From a virus: a DNA stretch of 33,986 bases. Numbering within the stretch: position 1 is the first letter of the stretch; each line of letters opens with the position of its first letter. Shown in pieces: positions 14,783 through 22,586 of this stretch. Both the position numbers and the translations under genes were made by a program. The notes under the pieces are model-generated. The model made no database searches. It was not told the DNA's origin and saw only the letters and a list, made by a program, of their open reading frames with translations. The stretch is taken from the IMG/VR virus record IMGVR_UViG_3300043399_000528, positions 1 through 33,986 of that record. One strand, 5' to 3'.

Positions 14783-15073
14783 TCAGAATGGGATCTCGTC
14801 GTCCCCCGACGGAGGAGAGGCTGGAGATGGAGCGGCCGGTGCTGGTGCCTGCGTCGTCTTCCCGGCGTGCTTCCAGCTGCCGATGATCGGGCCTTTCTCG
14901 CCGGCCTCGCGGCGCTCTTTGCCAAGGTCCTGCACGACGAACCCGTCGTAGCCGTAGCGGTCCGGGCCGTCGCGGTTGGTCAGCAGGGTGAAATCGTAGT
15001 ATTCAGCGCCGGATTGGGCCTTGTAGACCGCAGCGCGGTCCACTTTCTTGCGGTCGATTCGGAGTTTAATCAT
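14783..15073 (-). CDS. Small protein with SSB-type C-terminal tip (…PPSGDDEIPF); candidate minimal ssDNA-binding protein or SSB-interactome mimic
   Basis: A 96-aa ORF starting MIKLRID... It has a Pro/Ala-rich linker APAPAAPSPASPPSG followed by DDEIPF at the extreme C-terminus. The start lies within ATGATTAA, overlapping the upstream stop. Confidence 0.6.
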   Translation of the reverse strand: MIKLRIDRKKVDRAAVYKAQSGAEYYDFTLLTNRDGPDRYGYDGFVVQDLGKERREAGEKGPIIGSWKHAGKTTQAPAPAAPSPASPPSGDDEIPF

Positions 15074-15224
15074 GGTGGGATTCGATGGTTGCGATAAATA
15101 GGAGGAGGGCGGCGAGCACGCCGGCGGCGATAGCCGCACGCGGGCTGCCGTTGGCGGCGTGCCAAGCGACGCGGATCAAGCACCATGCGGAGCTGCCGAA
15201 CAAGAACGGAACGAGGAGTTTCAT
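15066..15224 (-). CDS. 52-aa two-segment hydrophobic mini-protein (not in the ORF track)
   Basis: Hand translation gives MKLLVPFLFGSSAWCLIRVAWHAANGSPRAAIAAGVLAALLLFIATIESHHD*. Start/stop overlaps at both ends (15221-15224 and 15066-15073). Confidence 0.45.
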   Translation of the reverse strand: MKLLVPFLFGSSAWCLIRVAWHAANGSPRAAIAAGVLAALLLFIATIESHHD

Positions 15225-15499
15225 TTTCGGGTGGCGGATGCGATTTTCAGGCGGCCTTCGGACGTCAGGCTCCAGAACGGGCTGTTCCCCTTGACTTGGC
15301 CGGCGTTGGTGGCGAGGCCTTTCTTGCGGAGCACCGACGTGATGGCCGACGGGTTTTTCGAGTAGGGGCGAAGCGCCGCCTCGATGTGGCAGGCTTTGGC
15401 GGTCCCGCCCATCTGAGCGATGACGCCGAGGGCGATCCCCTCGCGAGGCCCGATGCCGAGCTTCGCGAGGATTTGGGAGGCTTGGGTGAGTTGGTTCAT
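15221..15499 (-). CDS. Winged-helix-like DNA-binding protein, 92 aa
   Basis: ILAKLGIGPREGIALGVIAQMGGTAKACHIEAAL...SVLRKKGLA resembles MarR/wHTH proteins. ATGA overlap with the upstream gene. Confidence 0.45.
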   Translation of the reverse strand: MNQLTQASQILAKLGIGPREGIALGVIAQMGGTAKACHIEAALRPYSKNPSAITSVLRKKGLATNAGQVKGNSPFWSLTSEGRLKIASATRK

Positions 15500-16383
15500 C
15501 GGCGGCCGACCTTGAGGTTCTGGAACACGCGGAGTCCGGCGACCTCAGGCAGCTTGCCGTTTCGGATGAAGGACTTGTTCAGCGCGGCGAGGATTTCGGC
15601 GCGCTTCGGCTCGATCCGGCAGAGCTGCGGGAATTTCGCGACGAACTCCAGCACGTCCTCGACCTCGAAATCGATCTGCTCCTTCACGCCAGAGGGCATC
15701 GCAGGAGCAGCCACGGCTGCGGCTCGGGCTGTTTCTGCCTCGGCCTCCCGGCGTCGTGCCTCGGCGGCGTCAGCCTCGGCCTGACGGCGTGCTGCGTCCG
15801 CCCGGGCCTCGGCCTCCCGCTGAGCGGCCACGGCCCGCTCCTGCGCCTCCCGAGCGGCCCGCTGCCCTTCCTCGGACTGCGCGGCCTCCGCCTTCAGCCG
15901 GGCGAGCTCGGCCTCGTGCGCCCGGCGCTCGGCCTCCATGCGCTCCCGCTCGATCCGGGCCGCCTCACGCTGCGCCGCCATCTCCGCCTCGTGGCGCTCG
16001 CGCTCGATCCGCTGGCGTTCCCTCTCGGCGGCGAGCTCGGCCTCACGGCGGATCCGCTGTTGCTCCCGGGCGTATTCGGCGACCAGCCCGGACAGGCGGG
16101 ACTCCTCCGCGATGACCTCGGCCACGAATTCGGAGGCGATGCCGTCGATGCGTTTCCCCAGGTCGATGACCGGAGCCTTGACGATTTTCCGGCTGGCCTC
16201 GACCGACGTGCGGATCGTGCCGAGGGCCTTGAGCCGGGCCTGCGCGATGTCGCAGGACGGGAGGTCAGTGACGGCGACCACCGCGCGGGCGGCCTCGACG
16301 ATGACGCGTTTTTGCTCGGCGGCTGCCGGCGTGATCTGGATCTGATATCCATCTCCGAGGATGGCGAGTGCGTTGGTGCTCAT
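15496..16383 (-). CDS. Coiled-coil protein with a long E/R/A-rich central helix
   Basis: 295 aa. The central ~130 residues are of the type REAELAAERERQRIERERHEAEMAAQREAARIERE... and are flanked by globular ends. Confidence 0.6.
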   Translation of the reverse strand: MSTNALAILGDGYQIQITPAAAEQKRVIVEAARAVVAVTDLPSCDIAQARLKALGTIRTSVEASRKIVKAPVIDLGKRIDGIASEFVAEVIAEESRLSGLVAEYAREQQRIRREAELAAERERQRIERERHEAEMAAQREAARIERERMEAERRAHEAELARLKAEAAQSEEGQRAAREAQERAVAAQREAEARADAARRQAEADAAEARRREAEAETARAAAVAAPAMPSGVKEQIDFEVEDVLEFVAKFPQLCRIEPKRAEILAALNKSFIRNGKLPEVAGLRVFQNLKVGRR

Positions 16384-16404
16384 GCTGGTTTCTGGTTGGT
16401 GGGG

Positions 16405-16728
16405 TTAAGCTGGAACGAGGACGGCGTAGTGGATATCTGGGACGAAGGAAAGCCTGTCGCTCTCTTGCCATCGGCTCCAACCTTGGAATGCGTAGATATT
16501 TGGTTTCAGTTCTCCGATTCCTTGCTTGGCGTATTCCCAGCGCATGCCGGGCGGTGGTTCAGGGAGCGGCGGCAGGCCGGGCGAGAATCCGGCGGGCAAT
16601 GCGGCGGGCTGCGCGGCGAGCGAGTCGACCCGGGCCTCGGCCGGGTTGAGGATCGTGCAGACCCGCGCGAGGGTCGCGTCGAACTCGGCGAAGAGCAGCC
16701 GGAGCTGCTTGATTGTCTCTTGGTCCAT
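16405..16728 (-). CDS. Hypothetical protein, 107 aa
   Basis: Start MDQETIKQLRLLF at 16728 with leader caaaccataccaaccATG. The ORF-track extension to 16833 is Pro/Lys junk that overlaps the upstream gene. Confidence 0.55.
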   Translation of the reverse strand: MDQETIKQLRLLFAEFDATLARVCTILNPAEARVDSLAAQPAALPAGFSPGLPPLPEPPPGMRWEYAKQGIGELKPNIYAFQGWSRWQESDRLSFVPDIHYAVLVPA

Positions 16729-16783
16729 GGTTGGTATGGTTTGGTGTTGCCCGCGTGTAGGATGCGCGGCCCCCGTAGGTGGT

Positions 16784-16966
16784 TTAGGCAAGGAGTTCCT
16801 CAAACCGGGCTTCGGCGGCGTCTTCGGCTTCACTGAATCCCGCGCTGTTGATGCTGAAGAAACCGAGGAGCTCTTGGATGAATGCGGCCTTGTCAGCGGT
16901 GGCTTGCCATTGGCGAGCGGTTTCGATGGTGGCGGCTTGAATGGTGTTGGCGGTGGTGGTCTTCAT
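16784..16966 (-). CDS. Hypothetical protein, 60 aa (first gene after promoter module P3)
   Basis: Clean ORF with leader gacgccaaccaATG. Confidence 0.5.
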   Translation of the reverse strand: MKTTTANTIQAATIETARQWQATADKAAFIQELLGFFSINSAGFSEAEDAAEARFEELLA

Positions 16967-16993
16967 TGGTTGGCGTCGTTGGTTACGTGGGAG

Positions 16994-17021
16994 ACCCTAG
17001 CCGACTTCGGCAGGATTGGAA
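16994..17021 (-). promoter_or_regulatory. Promoter/operator module P3
   Basis: Minus strand reads TTCCAAtcctgccgaagtcggcTAGGGT with a 16-nt spacer. It matches P2 at 20 of 29 positions by my alignment. Confidence 0.4.
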
Positions 17022-17062
17022 GAAAAAAATCAGCCCCGGCGAAAATAAATTCACCGGGGCTG
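17022..17062 (-). terminator. Intrinsic terminator after recT
   Basis: Minus strand reads CAGCCCCGG-tgaatttattttcg-CCGGGGCTG followed by ATTTTTTT. Confidence 0.7.
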
Positions 17063-17076
17063 AGAATCAGGCCGGA

Positions 17077-17838
17077 TCAGCCGAAGATGTCGCCGTCATC
17101 AGCAGCCACCGGCTCAGCCTGCACGGCCGCCGGTTCAGGCTCGACGTCGACCACGGCAGCCGGCCTCAGCTTAGTCTTCGCGACCGGCTTCGGCATCTGT
17201 CGCGACGCGATTTCCTGCTCCGGCGCTTCGTCCAAGATCGCGGAAGCCTCGGGCGAAACGTTCACCCGGCGCGGCGGGTTGATGTCCTCGACCTCCTCGG
17301 TGGCGTGCATTCCGTTCAGGACATCGGGCGCGTAGAGGCGGCCGAAGAACGCGGCGGCGCGGTAGCGAAGCATGAGCTCAGGCATCGTCTTCCATTTGGA
17401 TCCGTTCTTGGCGAACCAGCCCTCGGCCTTAGCCATCGCGATTGATGCCGGCGGGCCTTCCAGCCGCTCGCCGGCCCGGTCGGTAGCCCATGCCACGCAG
17501 CTCTTGTCGTCACCATCGCCGGTCACGTCGAACCGGAGCGGCGAGAACCGCCCGCAAGAGTTCAGCGCCGCGATAATGAACGTCGAGGACCACGAGGGAC
17601 GACCGTGGATGATGTTCAGGTTTTGCATCACCGCGAGGGGAGAAGCCCCGATCCGCTGCGCCATCTCCAGCGCGACGATTGCATTCCCGATGTTGTCTTT
17701 GCCCCGGTATTGCTCGGGAACGATGTTCGATGAGCAGAGCGCGAGAGCCATCCGCTGCGCCGCCTCGAACGACGCCGCGCTCGAGAACGCGGTGATCGAG
17801 TGGGCGGGGGCGGGGTTGATTGTCAGTTGTTCGGTCAT
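17077..17838 (-). CDS. recT: RecT-family single-strand annealing recombinase
   Basis: NIGNAIVALEMAQRIGASPLAVMQNLNIIHGRPSWSSTFIIAAL...AKAEGW...KWKTMPELMLRYRAAAFFGRLYAPD is the typical RecT core. It is paired with an exonuclease gene. Confidence 0.85.
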   Translation of the reverse strand: MTEQLTINPAPAHSITAFSSAASFEAAQRMALALCSSNIVPEQYRGKDNIGNAIVALEMAQRIGASPLAVMQNLNIIHGRPSWSSTFIIAALNSCGRFSPLRFDVTGDGDDKSCVAWATDRAGERLEGPPASIAMAKAEGWFAKNGSKWKTMPELMLRYRAAAFFGRLYAPDVLNGMHATEEVEDINPPRRVNVSPEASAILDEAPEQEIASRQMPKPVAKTKLRPAAVVDVEPEPAAVQAEPVAADDGDIFG

Positions 17839-17868
17839 GGTGTTGGTCGGTGTTGTGGAGAGAGAGGG

Positions 17869-18114
17869 TTAGGCTTGTGGACGTCCTCCGGTTGCACGGC
17901 TTTCCAGCAGGTCGCTGATACTCTGCAAGTGGAACAATCGCTTCCCTCGCTCGCTTCCTTGAAGCTGAAGGCTCACAGACTTGATGAGCCCCGAAGCAAT
18001 GAGCCGATAAAGCGGCGTCCGGGAAATGCCGAAGATGCGGTGGACGGTTTTCGCGTCGCCCCATTCTGCATCTTGTTGAATGCCTTTCGTCGTTGTGGTC
18101 AGTTGGTTGTCCAT
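17869..18114 (-). CDS. Small HTH protein (AlpA/excisionase-like fold), 81 aa
   Basis: WGDAKTVHRIFGISRTPLYRLIASGLIKSV. ATG 18114 has leader caccgaccaagaacATG. Confidence 0.55.
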   Translation of the reverse strand: MDNQLTTTTKGIQQDAEWGDAKTVHRIFGISRTPLYRLIASGLIKSVSLQLQGSERGKRLFHLQSISDLLESRATGGRPQA

Positions 18115-18134
18115 GTTCTTGGTCGGTGTTTGGT

Positions 18135-18935
18135 TTAGGCCCACTTCGGAAGGTCCAGCGTGAGCGGGCTGGTCGAGTAGCCCGGCCACGTGTCGGTGGC
18201 AAGGCATTCCCGGAAAGTTTCAAGGTCGGCTTGGTAGTCAGTCCGGCCCCTGTCGATCATGTCGGCACTGGAGACGTAGACGCCGACTAAATAGGGAGGC
18301 TCGGTCTCGACAGCGATGAACACGAACCCGCGCGGAAGATCGTCAAACGCGGCGCGGAAGCCGTCGGAGTAAAATGCCGCCTGCACGTGGTAGCGATACT
18401 GCGCGATGGATTTCGCGAAGCCCGCCGGCGAAGCGTCGCGGCAGGTCTTGAGGTCCACGATGACGCCGGCAGCGGTCATGCAGTCCGGGCGGCAGCGGCA
18501 GTCGACGCCGGTCGTCGGGTCGGTCCAGAAAATCGACTGCTCGATGGCGGGATTACCGAAGAGCGCTTTGAACGCGGCGGGGTGAGCGTGAACCGCGTCA
18601 CGGATCGACAGCAGCTTCGCCATCTCATCCTCGGTGACGAGCTCCTTGCCCTGCGACGCGATCAGGAACGCCTCCCACTCGGCCTTGCCGGCGCTGGTCC
18701 GGCGGTCGATCTTCGGCGCGACCATGACCTCGGCGGCGAACCGCTCAGGCTCCAATACGGCGGTGTGGGTGAGCGTGCCGAGCCGCATGGCTGGGGTTGT
18801 CTCGTGCGGATTCTCGCGCCGCCACTTGTAGAGGGCGGGCGCGCGGTGGATCAGGTCAAGGCCTGATTTCGAGATGCTGGGCAGGGCGTGGTATTCGGCA
18901 TTGGACATGCCGCGTTTGGTGGTTGGTGCATTCAT
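18135..18935 (-). CDS. RecE-like PD-(D/E)XK exonuclease (DUF3799 / exodeoxyribonuclease VIII-like)
   Basis: SNAEYHALPSISKSGLDLI...TPAMRLGTLTHTAVLEPERF and ...VIVDLKT...YHVQAAFY. The alternative start M10 at 18908 is preceded by ccaaccaccaaac. Confidence 0.8.
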   Translation of the reverse strand: MNAPTTKRGMSNAEYHALPSISKSGLDLIHRAPALYKWRRENPHETTPAMRLGTLTHTAVLEPERFAAEVMVAPKIDRRTSAGKAEWEAFLIASQGKELVTEDEMAKLLSIRDAVHAHPAAFKALFGNPAIEQSIFWTDPTTGVDCRCRPDCMTAAGVIVDLKTCRDASPAGFAKSIAQYRYHVQAAFYSDGFRAAFDDLPRGFVFIAVETEPPYLVGVYVSSADMIDRGRTDYQADLETFRECLATDTWPGYSTSPLTLDLPKWA

Positions 18936-18944
18936 GCGGGGGAA

Positions 18945-18973
18945 GCCCTACGTCTAGTTCTGCGGAAGTGCAA
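18945..18973 (-). promoter_or_regulatory. Promoter/operator module P4
   Basis: Minus strand reads ttGTTGCACTTCCGCAgaactagacgTAGGGC, that is TTGCAC, a 17-nt spacer, then TAGGGC. The 14-mer GTTGCACTTCCGCA is identical to one in P1. Confidence 0.35.
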
Positions 18974-19028
18974 CAAAAAAAGCACCCGGCTGGTTCGGTC
19001 CTTGCGGATCCCGTCCGGGCGACTGTCG

Positions 19029-19074
19029 AAAAAAACACCCGCCCAATTTCGCTTCGTCGAGAGGCGGGGCGGGT
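19029..19074 (-). terminator. Intrinsic terminator directly after the tRNA
   Basis: Minus strand reads ACCCGCCC, a 22-nt loop, then GGGCGGGT followed by GTTTTTTT. It starts 5 nt after the tRNA 3' end. Confidence 0.5.
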
Positions 19075-19079
19075 CAAAT

Positions 19080-19154
19080 TGGTGGCAGGGGTGGGACTCG
19101 AACCCACGATACCGGGGTATGAGCCCGGCGACTTAGCCGCTAGTCGACCCTACG
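19080..19154 (-). tRNA. tRNA-Met (anticodon CAU) with initiator-type features; CCA encoded
   Basis: Hand-folded cloverleaf: CGTAGGG TC GACT-AGCGGCTA-AGTC G CCGGG-CTCATAC-CCCGG TATC GTGGG-TTCGAGT-CCCAC CCCTGCC A CCA, 75 nt. It has GG in the D loop, a TTCGAGT T-loop, and U33 and A37. Confidence 0.8.
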
Positions 19155-19274
19155 ATTGGAAAAGGAGTGCCCGCCCCCATCGCTAGGTTTCCCATGACGG
19201 CGGAGAGGGCGGGCTTGGCACCAACCAAGGAACCGCGAGAAGGGTCTCACGGCTGGCGGTGTTGTCGAGAGAAA

Positions 19275-19838
19275 TCACCGCGTGGCTTGAAAGTGCATGG
19301 CATCCCGAGACCAAAACGCGCCGGCAGCAAGCCATCCCTCACGGGCAAAAGACTCCATCACTTCCAGCGGCATCGTCGCCCGGCTCGGCCAGTGGGTCGA
19401 GTTGGCATTCGTGCCGGGTGCCAGGTCGATGGCAGCTCCTCGGGCGTGGAGGCTGGGCAGGGAACCGCCACGCATCGGGCGGTTGTTGTAGACGCCGGCG
19501 AACTCGCGGAGAATCGCGGCGTGAGGGCTGGCCGCGATGTCCTCTAGCACTCGCTTGAGCGATGCCGCCACCTTGTGGTGGCAGAGAATCGACTTCACCG
19601 GCTTCCCGTCGTATTGAATGCCGAGCCCCTGCACCGGCAGCGATGTCAGCTGCATGGGGTCCCCGGCGTCGCCGTAGAACGCACGGAGACTCGCCTGGTC
19701 GGATTCCGGCCATGGGTTGGGGGATGGCATCAGCGCCCGCAGGTGCCGCTGGCAAGCGGCCATGGACTGCGGCCCCCAGAAGCCATCCGGGGCGGTTCCG
19801 ATGCGGGCCTGCATGGATTGGATCTGAGTGCGGGTCAC
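19275..19838 (-). CDS. Endolysin: peptidoglycan-binding domain plus M15-family metallopeptidase
   Basis: PG-binding-like IQSMQARIGTAPDGFWGPQSMAACQRHL. M15 signatures SLHARGAAIDL and DAMHFQ. GTG 19838 forms a GTGA overlap with the DUF1353 stop. The ORF-track start 19913 is also a GTG but overlaps the upstream gene by 79 nt. Confidence 0.8.
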   Translation of the reverse strand: MTRTQIQSMQARIGTAPDGFWGPQSMAACQRHLRALMPSPNPWPESDQASLRAFYGDAGDPMQLTSLPVQGLGIQYDGKPVKSILCHHKVAASLKRVLEDIAASPHAAILREFAGVYNNRPMRGGSLPSLHARGAAIDLAPGTNANSTHWPSRATMPLEVMESFAREGWLAAGAFWSRDAMHFQATR

Positions 19839-20218
19839 GGGATCGGGTTTCCTTTGAATGATGCCCAGCCGCCGAGGCGGACCGCGCGGTAGATCGTGCG
19901 GCGGCGGAGCCACGGCACGCCGGCGTCTTTCATCGCGGCAAGAAAGATCCGGTCGGCGCTGGCGCGGTCAAAGCGGCGGTTGTGGGGCGAGTAGAGGAAA
20001 TCGTGGATCAGCGCGGCCCCGAAGTAATCGCCGAACGGGCTGAGGATGCCCCAGAACACGCGCGGCACGCTCGCACCGTCGGTGTGGAAGTCGACCGGCA
20101 CCGTGATCTCGCCATGCGTCGTCGAGAGGTAACGGAAGCGCTGCGTCAGCCGCAGGATCATGCTGCCATTGCGGACGCCGGCGTGCTGAAAGACGAGAGG
20201 GTCCGGGAAGGCGTTCAT
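19835..20218 (-). CDS. DUF1353 domain protein
   Basis: VPVDFHTDGASVPRVFWGILSPFGDYFGAALIHDFLY...RASADRIFLAAM. ATGA overlap at 20215-20218. Confidence 0.7.
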   Translation of the reverse strand: MNAFPDPLVFQHAGVRNGSMILRLTQRFRYLSTTHGEITVPVDFHTDGASVPRVFWGILSPFGDYFGAALIHDFLYSPHNRRFDRASADRIFLAAMKDAGVPWLRRRTIYRAVRLGGWASFKGNPIP

Positions 20219-20412
20219 CGGTTCCGCCAGATGCAGGACTGAATTCCGCAGCCCTTCGACAGGCGGTCGACGTCGTCCTGTAGTTTCCCGACGATGCCTC
20301 GGAGCGTGGAGATCTCGGACGACAGCGCCCGGTAGATGACCGAGGCGAGAGCGGAGATGACGGCGGTGAGGCCTCCAATCGAGGCGAGAATCCATTCGGT
20401 GGGGATGTTCAT
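20215..20412 (-). CDS. Single-pass membrane protein, holin candidate
   Basis: 65 aa. It has one TM segment, WILASIGGLTAVISALASVIY, then an amphipathic helix. It sits just upstream of the DUF1353 and endolysin genes. Confidence 0.4.
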   Translation of the reverse strand: MNIPTEWILASIGGLTAVISALASVIYRALSSEISTLRGIVGKLQDDVDRLSKGCGIQSCIWRNR

Positions 20413-20786
20413 TGATCTTGATCAGGGGTCGGATCTTCCTCGGTTGCGGGCGGAGGCGGCACGATGAAGAACTCGCCGTCCGCGAACCCGATGTCCGACC
20501 GCCCCGGCGCGGTGGGGGCGCGGTGGGTCAGCGACTCGTCGCCGATCTGGTCGAGCAGCGAGTTGATCGACTCCCCGGCGGCGGTGTTGGCCGCGAACAT
20601 AGCGAGGGTCCTCGGCACGCTGTCGTTGAGGACGGCGAGCAGCCGGTCGTCGGGCAGGCTCCAGAAGTGGACGTTTTCGGCTTGGAGCACGAACGCGGCG
20701 TAGTGGAGCGCGGTGGCGGCGCGTAGAATCGACGCGTCCTTTTCCGCGAGGTCTCTTTCGGGCTGGGTCTTCGGGGTGGTGAGCAT
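20409..20786 (-). CDS. Hypothetical protein downstream of the tail fibre (possible fibre accessory protein)
   Basis: 125-aa ORF with an ATGA overlap at its 3' end. No motif recognised. Confidence 0.5.
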   Translation of the reverse strand: MLTTPKTQPERDLAEKDASILRAATALHYAAFVLQAENVHFWSLPDDRLLAVLNDSVPRTLAMFAANTAAGESINSLLDQIGDESLTHRAPTAPGRSDIGFADGEFFIVPPPPATEEDPTPDQDQ

Positions 20787-20798
20787 GGTATTAGAGCG

Positions 20799-22586
20799 TT
20801 ATGCGATCTTTTCGGCGCGAAGATAGCTGCCGACATGGAGGCGGGCGAATTGCGCTGCGACGGCGGTATTTTGAGCAAATCGGACCCTCAGAGTGCCGGG
20901 TGCTGTTACTGTTAGATTTCCCCTCCGCGAAATGATAATGCTATGCACCGGCCCTACGGTTTGACCATTCAGGGTTTCCCCCGAGCCTCCCCATGACAGA
21001 GCCGCGTTGATTGGTTCGACGCTGGTGGCGATACTACGCCAGCGAGTTCCTGCAAACGTCCCCGTTCCGGTGAACTCCAAATCTGCTTTTGATCCGGCTG
21101 TTGCAAATGCAGATGATCCGACAAGTTCCAGTGTATCAATTCGATACGTCCCAACTTCCAGCGTCGCGGTGAGGAACGTCGATGGGGTTAGTGTCGATGA
21201 GTTGGTCACGTCCTGCACGGCGGTGGCCATGGCGAGGATGAGGCGAGGATACCGCGCATCCCCATCCGCCCGCGTGATGAGCGAGTTCGCCGCAGGTGTG
21301 CCGGTCCCGGCGCTGGTCGGGCGGGTGGCACTCTGGAACGCCCACTCCCCAGCCGCCTGCACCGCTCCGGTCATGAGTCCGAGCTGTGCGCGGACGAACG
21401 CGAAGAGGTTCGCAAACGTGATCCGCCTCAACGCGCCCGAGGCCGCCGTCTCTGTCATTGGCAACTGGTCAGCCGCCAGCGCCACGGTGTCCTCCGTCGC
21501 GGCGTTGATCGTCGGCGCAAGCGTCGAGTCCAGCAGCACGTTGCCGGTTGCGTCGGGGAGTGTGTAGGTGCGGTTGCCCGTCAGCGTCGCGGCGGCTTGG
21601 ATGCGGCCCGTGAACAACCCTCGAAACCAACCGAATGCTCCGAGGACGCGGGCGACAAAAGATCGGTCGTTGGGTGACGCCTCACTGCCGAAAATCGCGT
21701 TGTAGGTTCCAGAATCCGTTTGAGCCCGCAAGCCCGTGCTGCTGACAGATCCAGCGAAAACACCGTTGCCGGTGAGAGAATTTCCCGTAACTCCGGCACC
21801 AGCATCGGAATCAAAACTGCCGCCAGTATACACCCCTTCGGCGTAAGCTGCAATTCCCCCATCCGGGTTAAACACCGCGAACTTTCCAGCGTCTTCTGTG
21901 CCGAATCCGCCGACGCTGGTCAGCAGCGTCTGGTTGCTCCAGAGCCCCGTGGCCGAGTTGTATCGCAGCACCTGCCCCGTCGAGGGCGATGTGATCGCGA
22001 CGTTGTGCAGCTCTTCCAGCTCGTAGCCGTTCTGGATCGAGACGTAGATGATGCCCTGCGTCGGGTGGGCGGAAACCACGATGCCGACGTAGACCAGATG
22101 CTGCGGGGCGGACGGCTTGGTCGTCGTCCATGCGCCTGCCGTGGTCGGCGAGAGATAAAGCTGCTGGCCAGCAGTCAGCGCCTGCGTATCGACGTTCTCT
22201 AGGTCGCCGCTTGTAATGACGTAGCCGGTTGAGTTGTTGGCAATGTCGGCCTTCACGAATCCGATGGTCTGCGCCGAATTGGCGTCGTTGTTCGCCTGCG
22301 CCTTCGTGATCGTAGGGCGGTTGCCGCTCGCCCCGTTGATGTAAACAATCGAGCCTTTCGCGATGGTCGCGCCGGTCGTATTGCGGACGAAAACCTCCAC
22401 GTTCTTCGCGGTGGCCTCACCGCTGGCAAGACGCGTGCCGATGTAGGACACAAGGTCCGCCTGATCCGTGATCGTTCCGCCAATGTTGCCCCACTCTCCA
22501 GCACCGGACGGACCAGCCGGGCCTTGCCTGATTTCGACGATGGTGATGCCGCTCGGAAGCGCGATTTCGACGGTTTTAATGCTCAT
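20799..22586 (-). CDS. Tail fibre / receptor-binding protein
   Basis: 595 aa. The N-terminus QGPAGPSGAGEWGNIGGTITDQADL has a collagen-like triplet plus a common fibre motif. The rest is Gly/Thr/Ser-rich and looks beta-rich. It is located distal to the hub gene. Confidence 0.7.
   Translation of the reverse strand: MSIKTVEIALPSGITIVEIRQGPAGPSGAGEWGNIGGTITDQADLVSYIGTRLASGEATAKNVEVFVRNTTGATIAKGSIVYINGASGNRPTITKAQANNDANSAQTIGFVKADIANNSTGYVITSGDLENVDTQALTAGQQLYLSPTTAGAWTTTKPSAPQHLVYVGIVVSAHPTQGIIYVSIQNGYELEELHNVAITSPSTGQVLRYNSATGLWSNQTLLTSVGGFGTEDAGKFAVFNPDGGIAAYAEGVYTGGSFDSDAGAGVTGNSLTGNGVFAGSVSSTGLRAQTDSGTYNAIFGSEASPNDRSFVARVLGAFGWFRGLFTGRIQAAATLTGNRTYTLPDATGNVLLDSTLAPTINAATEDTVALAADQLPMTETAASGALRRITFANLFAFVRAQLGLMTGAVQAAGEWAFQSATRPTSAGTGTPAANSLITRADGDARYPRLILAMATAVQDVTNSSTLTPSTFLTATLEVGTYRIDTLELVGSSAFATAGSKADLEFTGTGTFAGTRWRSIATSVEPINAALSWGGSGETLNGQTVGPVHSIIISRRGNLTVTAPGTLRVRFAQNTAVAAQFARLHVGSYLRAEKIA

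Noticed and set aside
18974-19020. Second hairpin plus A-run downstream of the tRNA terminator
   Set aside because: It has only a 5-bp stem with a ~25-nt loop. The T-tract probably belongs to the upstream flank of promoter module P4. This is too weak to call.
19080-19154. tRNA as a phage attachment site (attP) for tRNA-targeted integration
   Set aside because: The tRNA is full length with both acceptor strands and an encoded CCA. No integrase or excision module is detectable anywhere in the closed genome. Comparison with host tRNA genes is still worthwhile.
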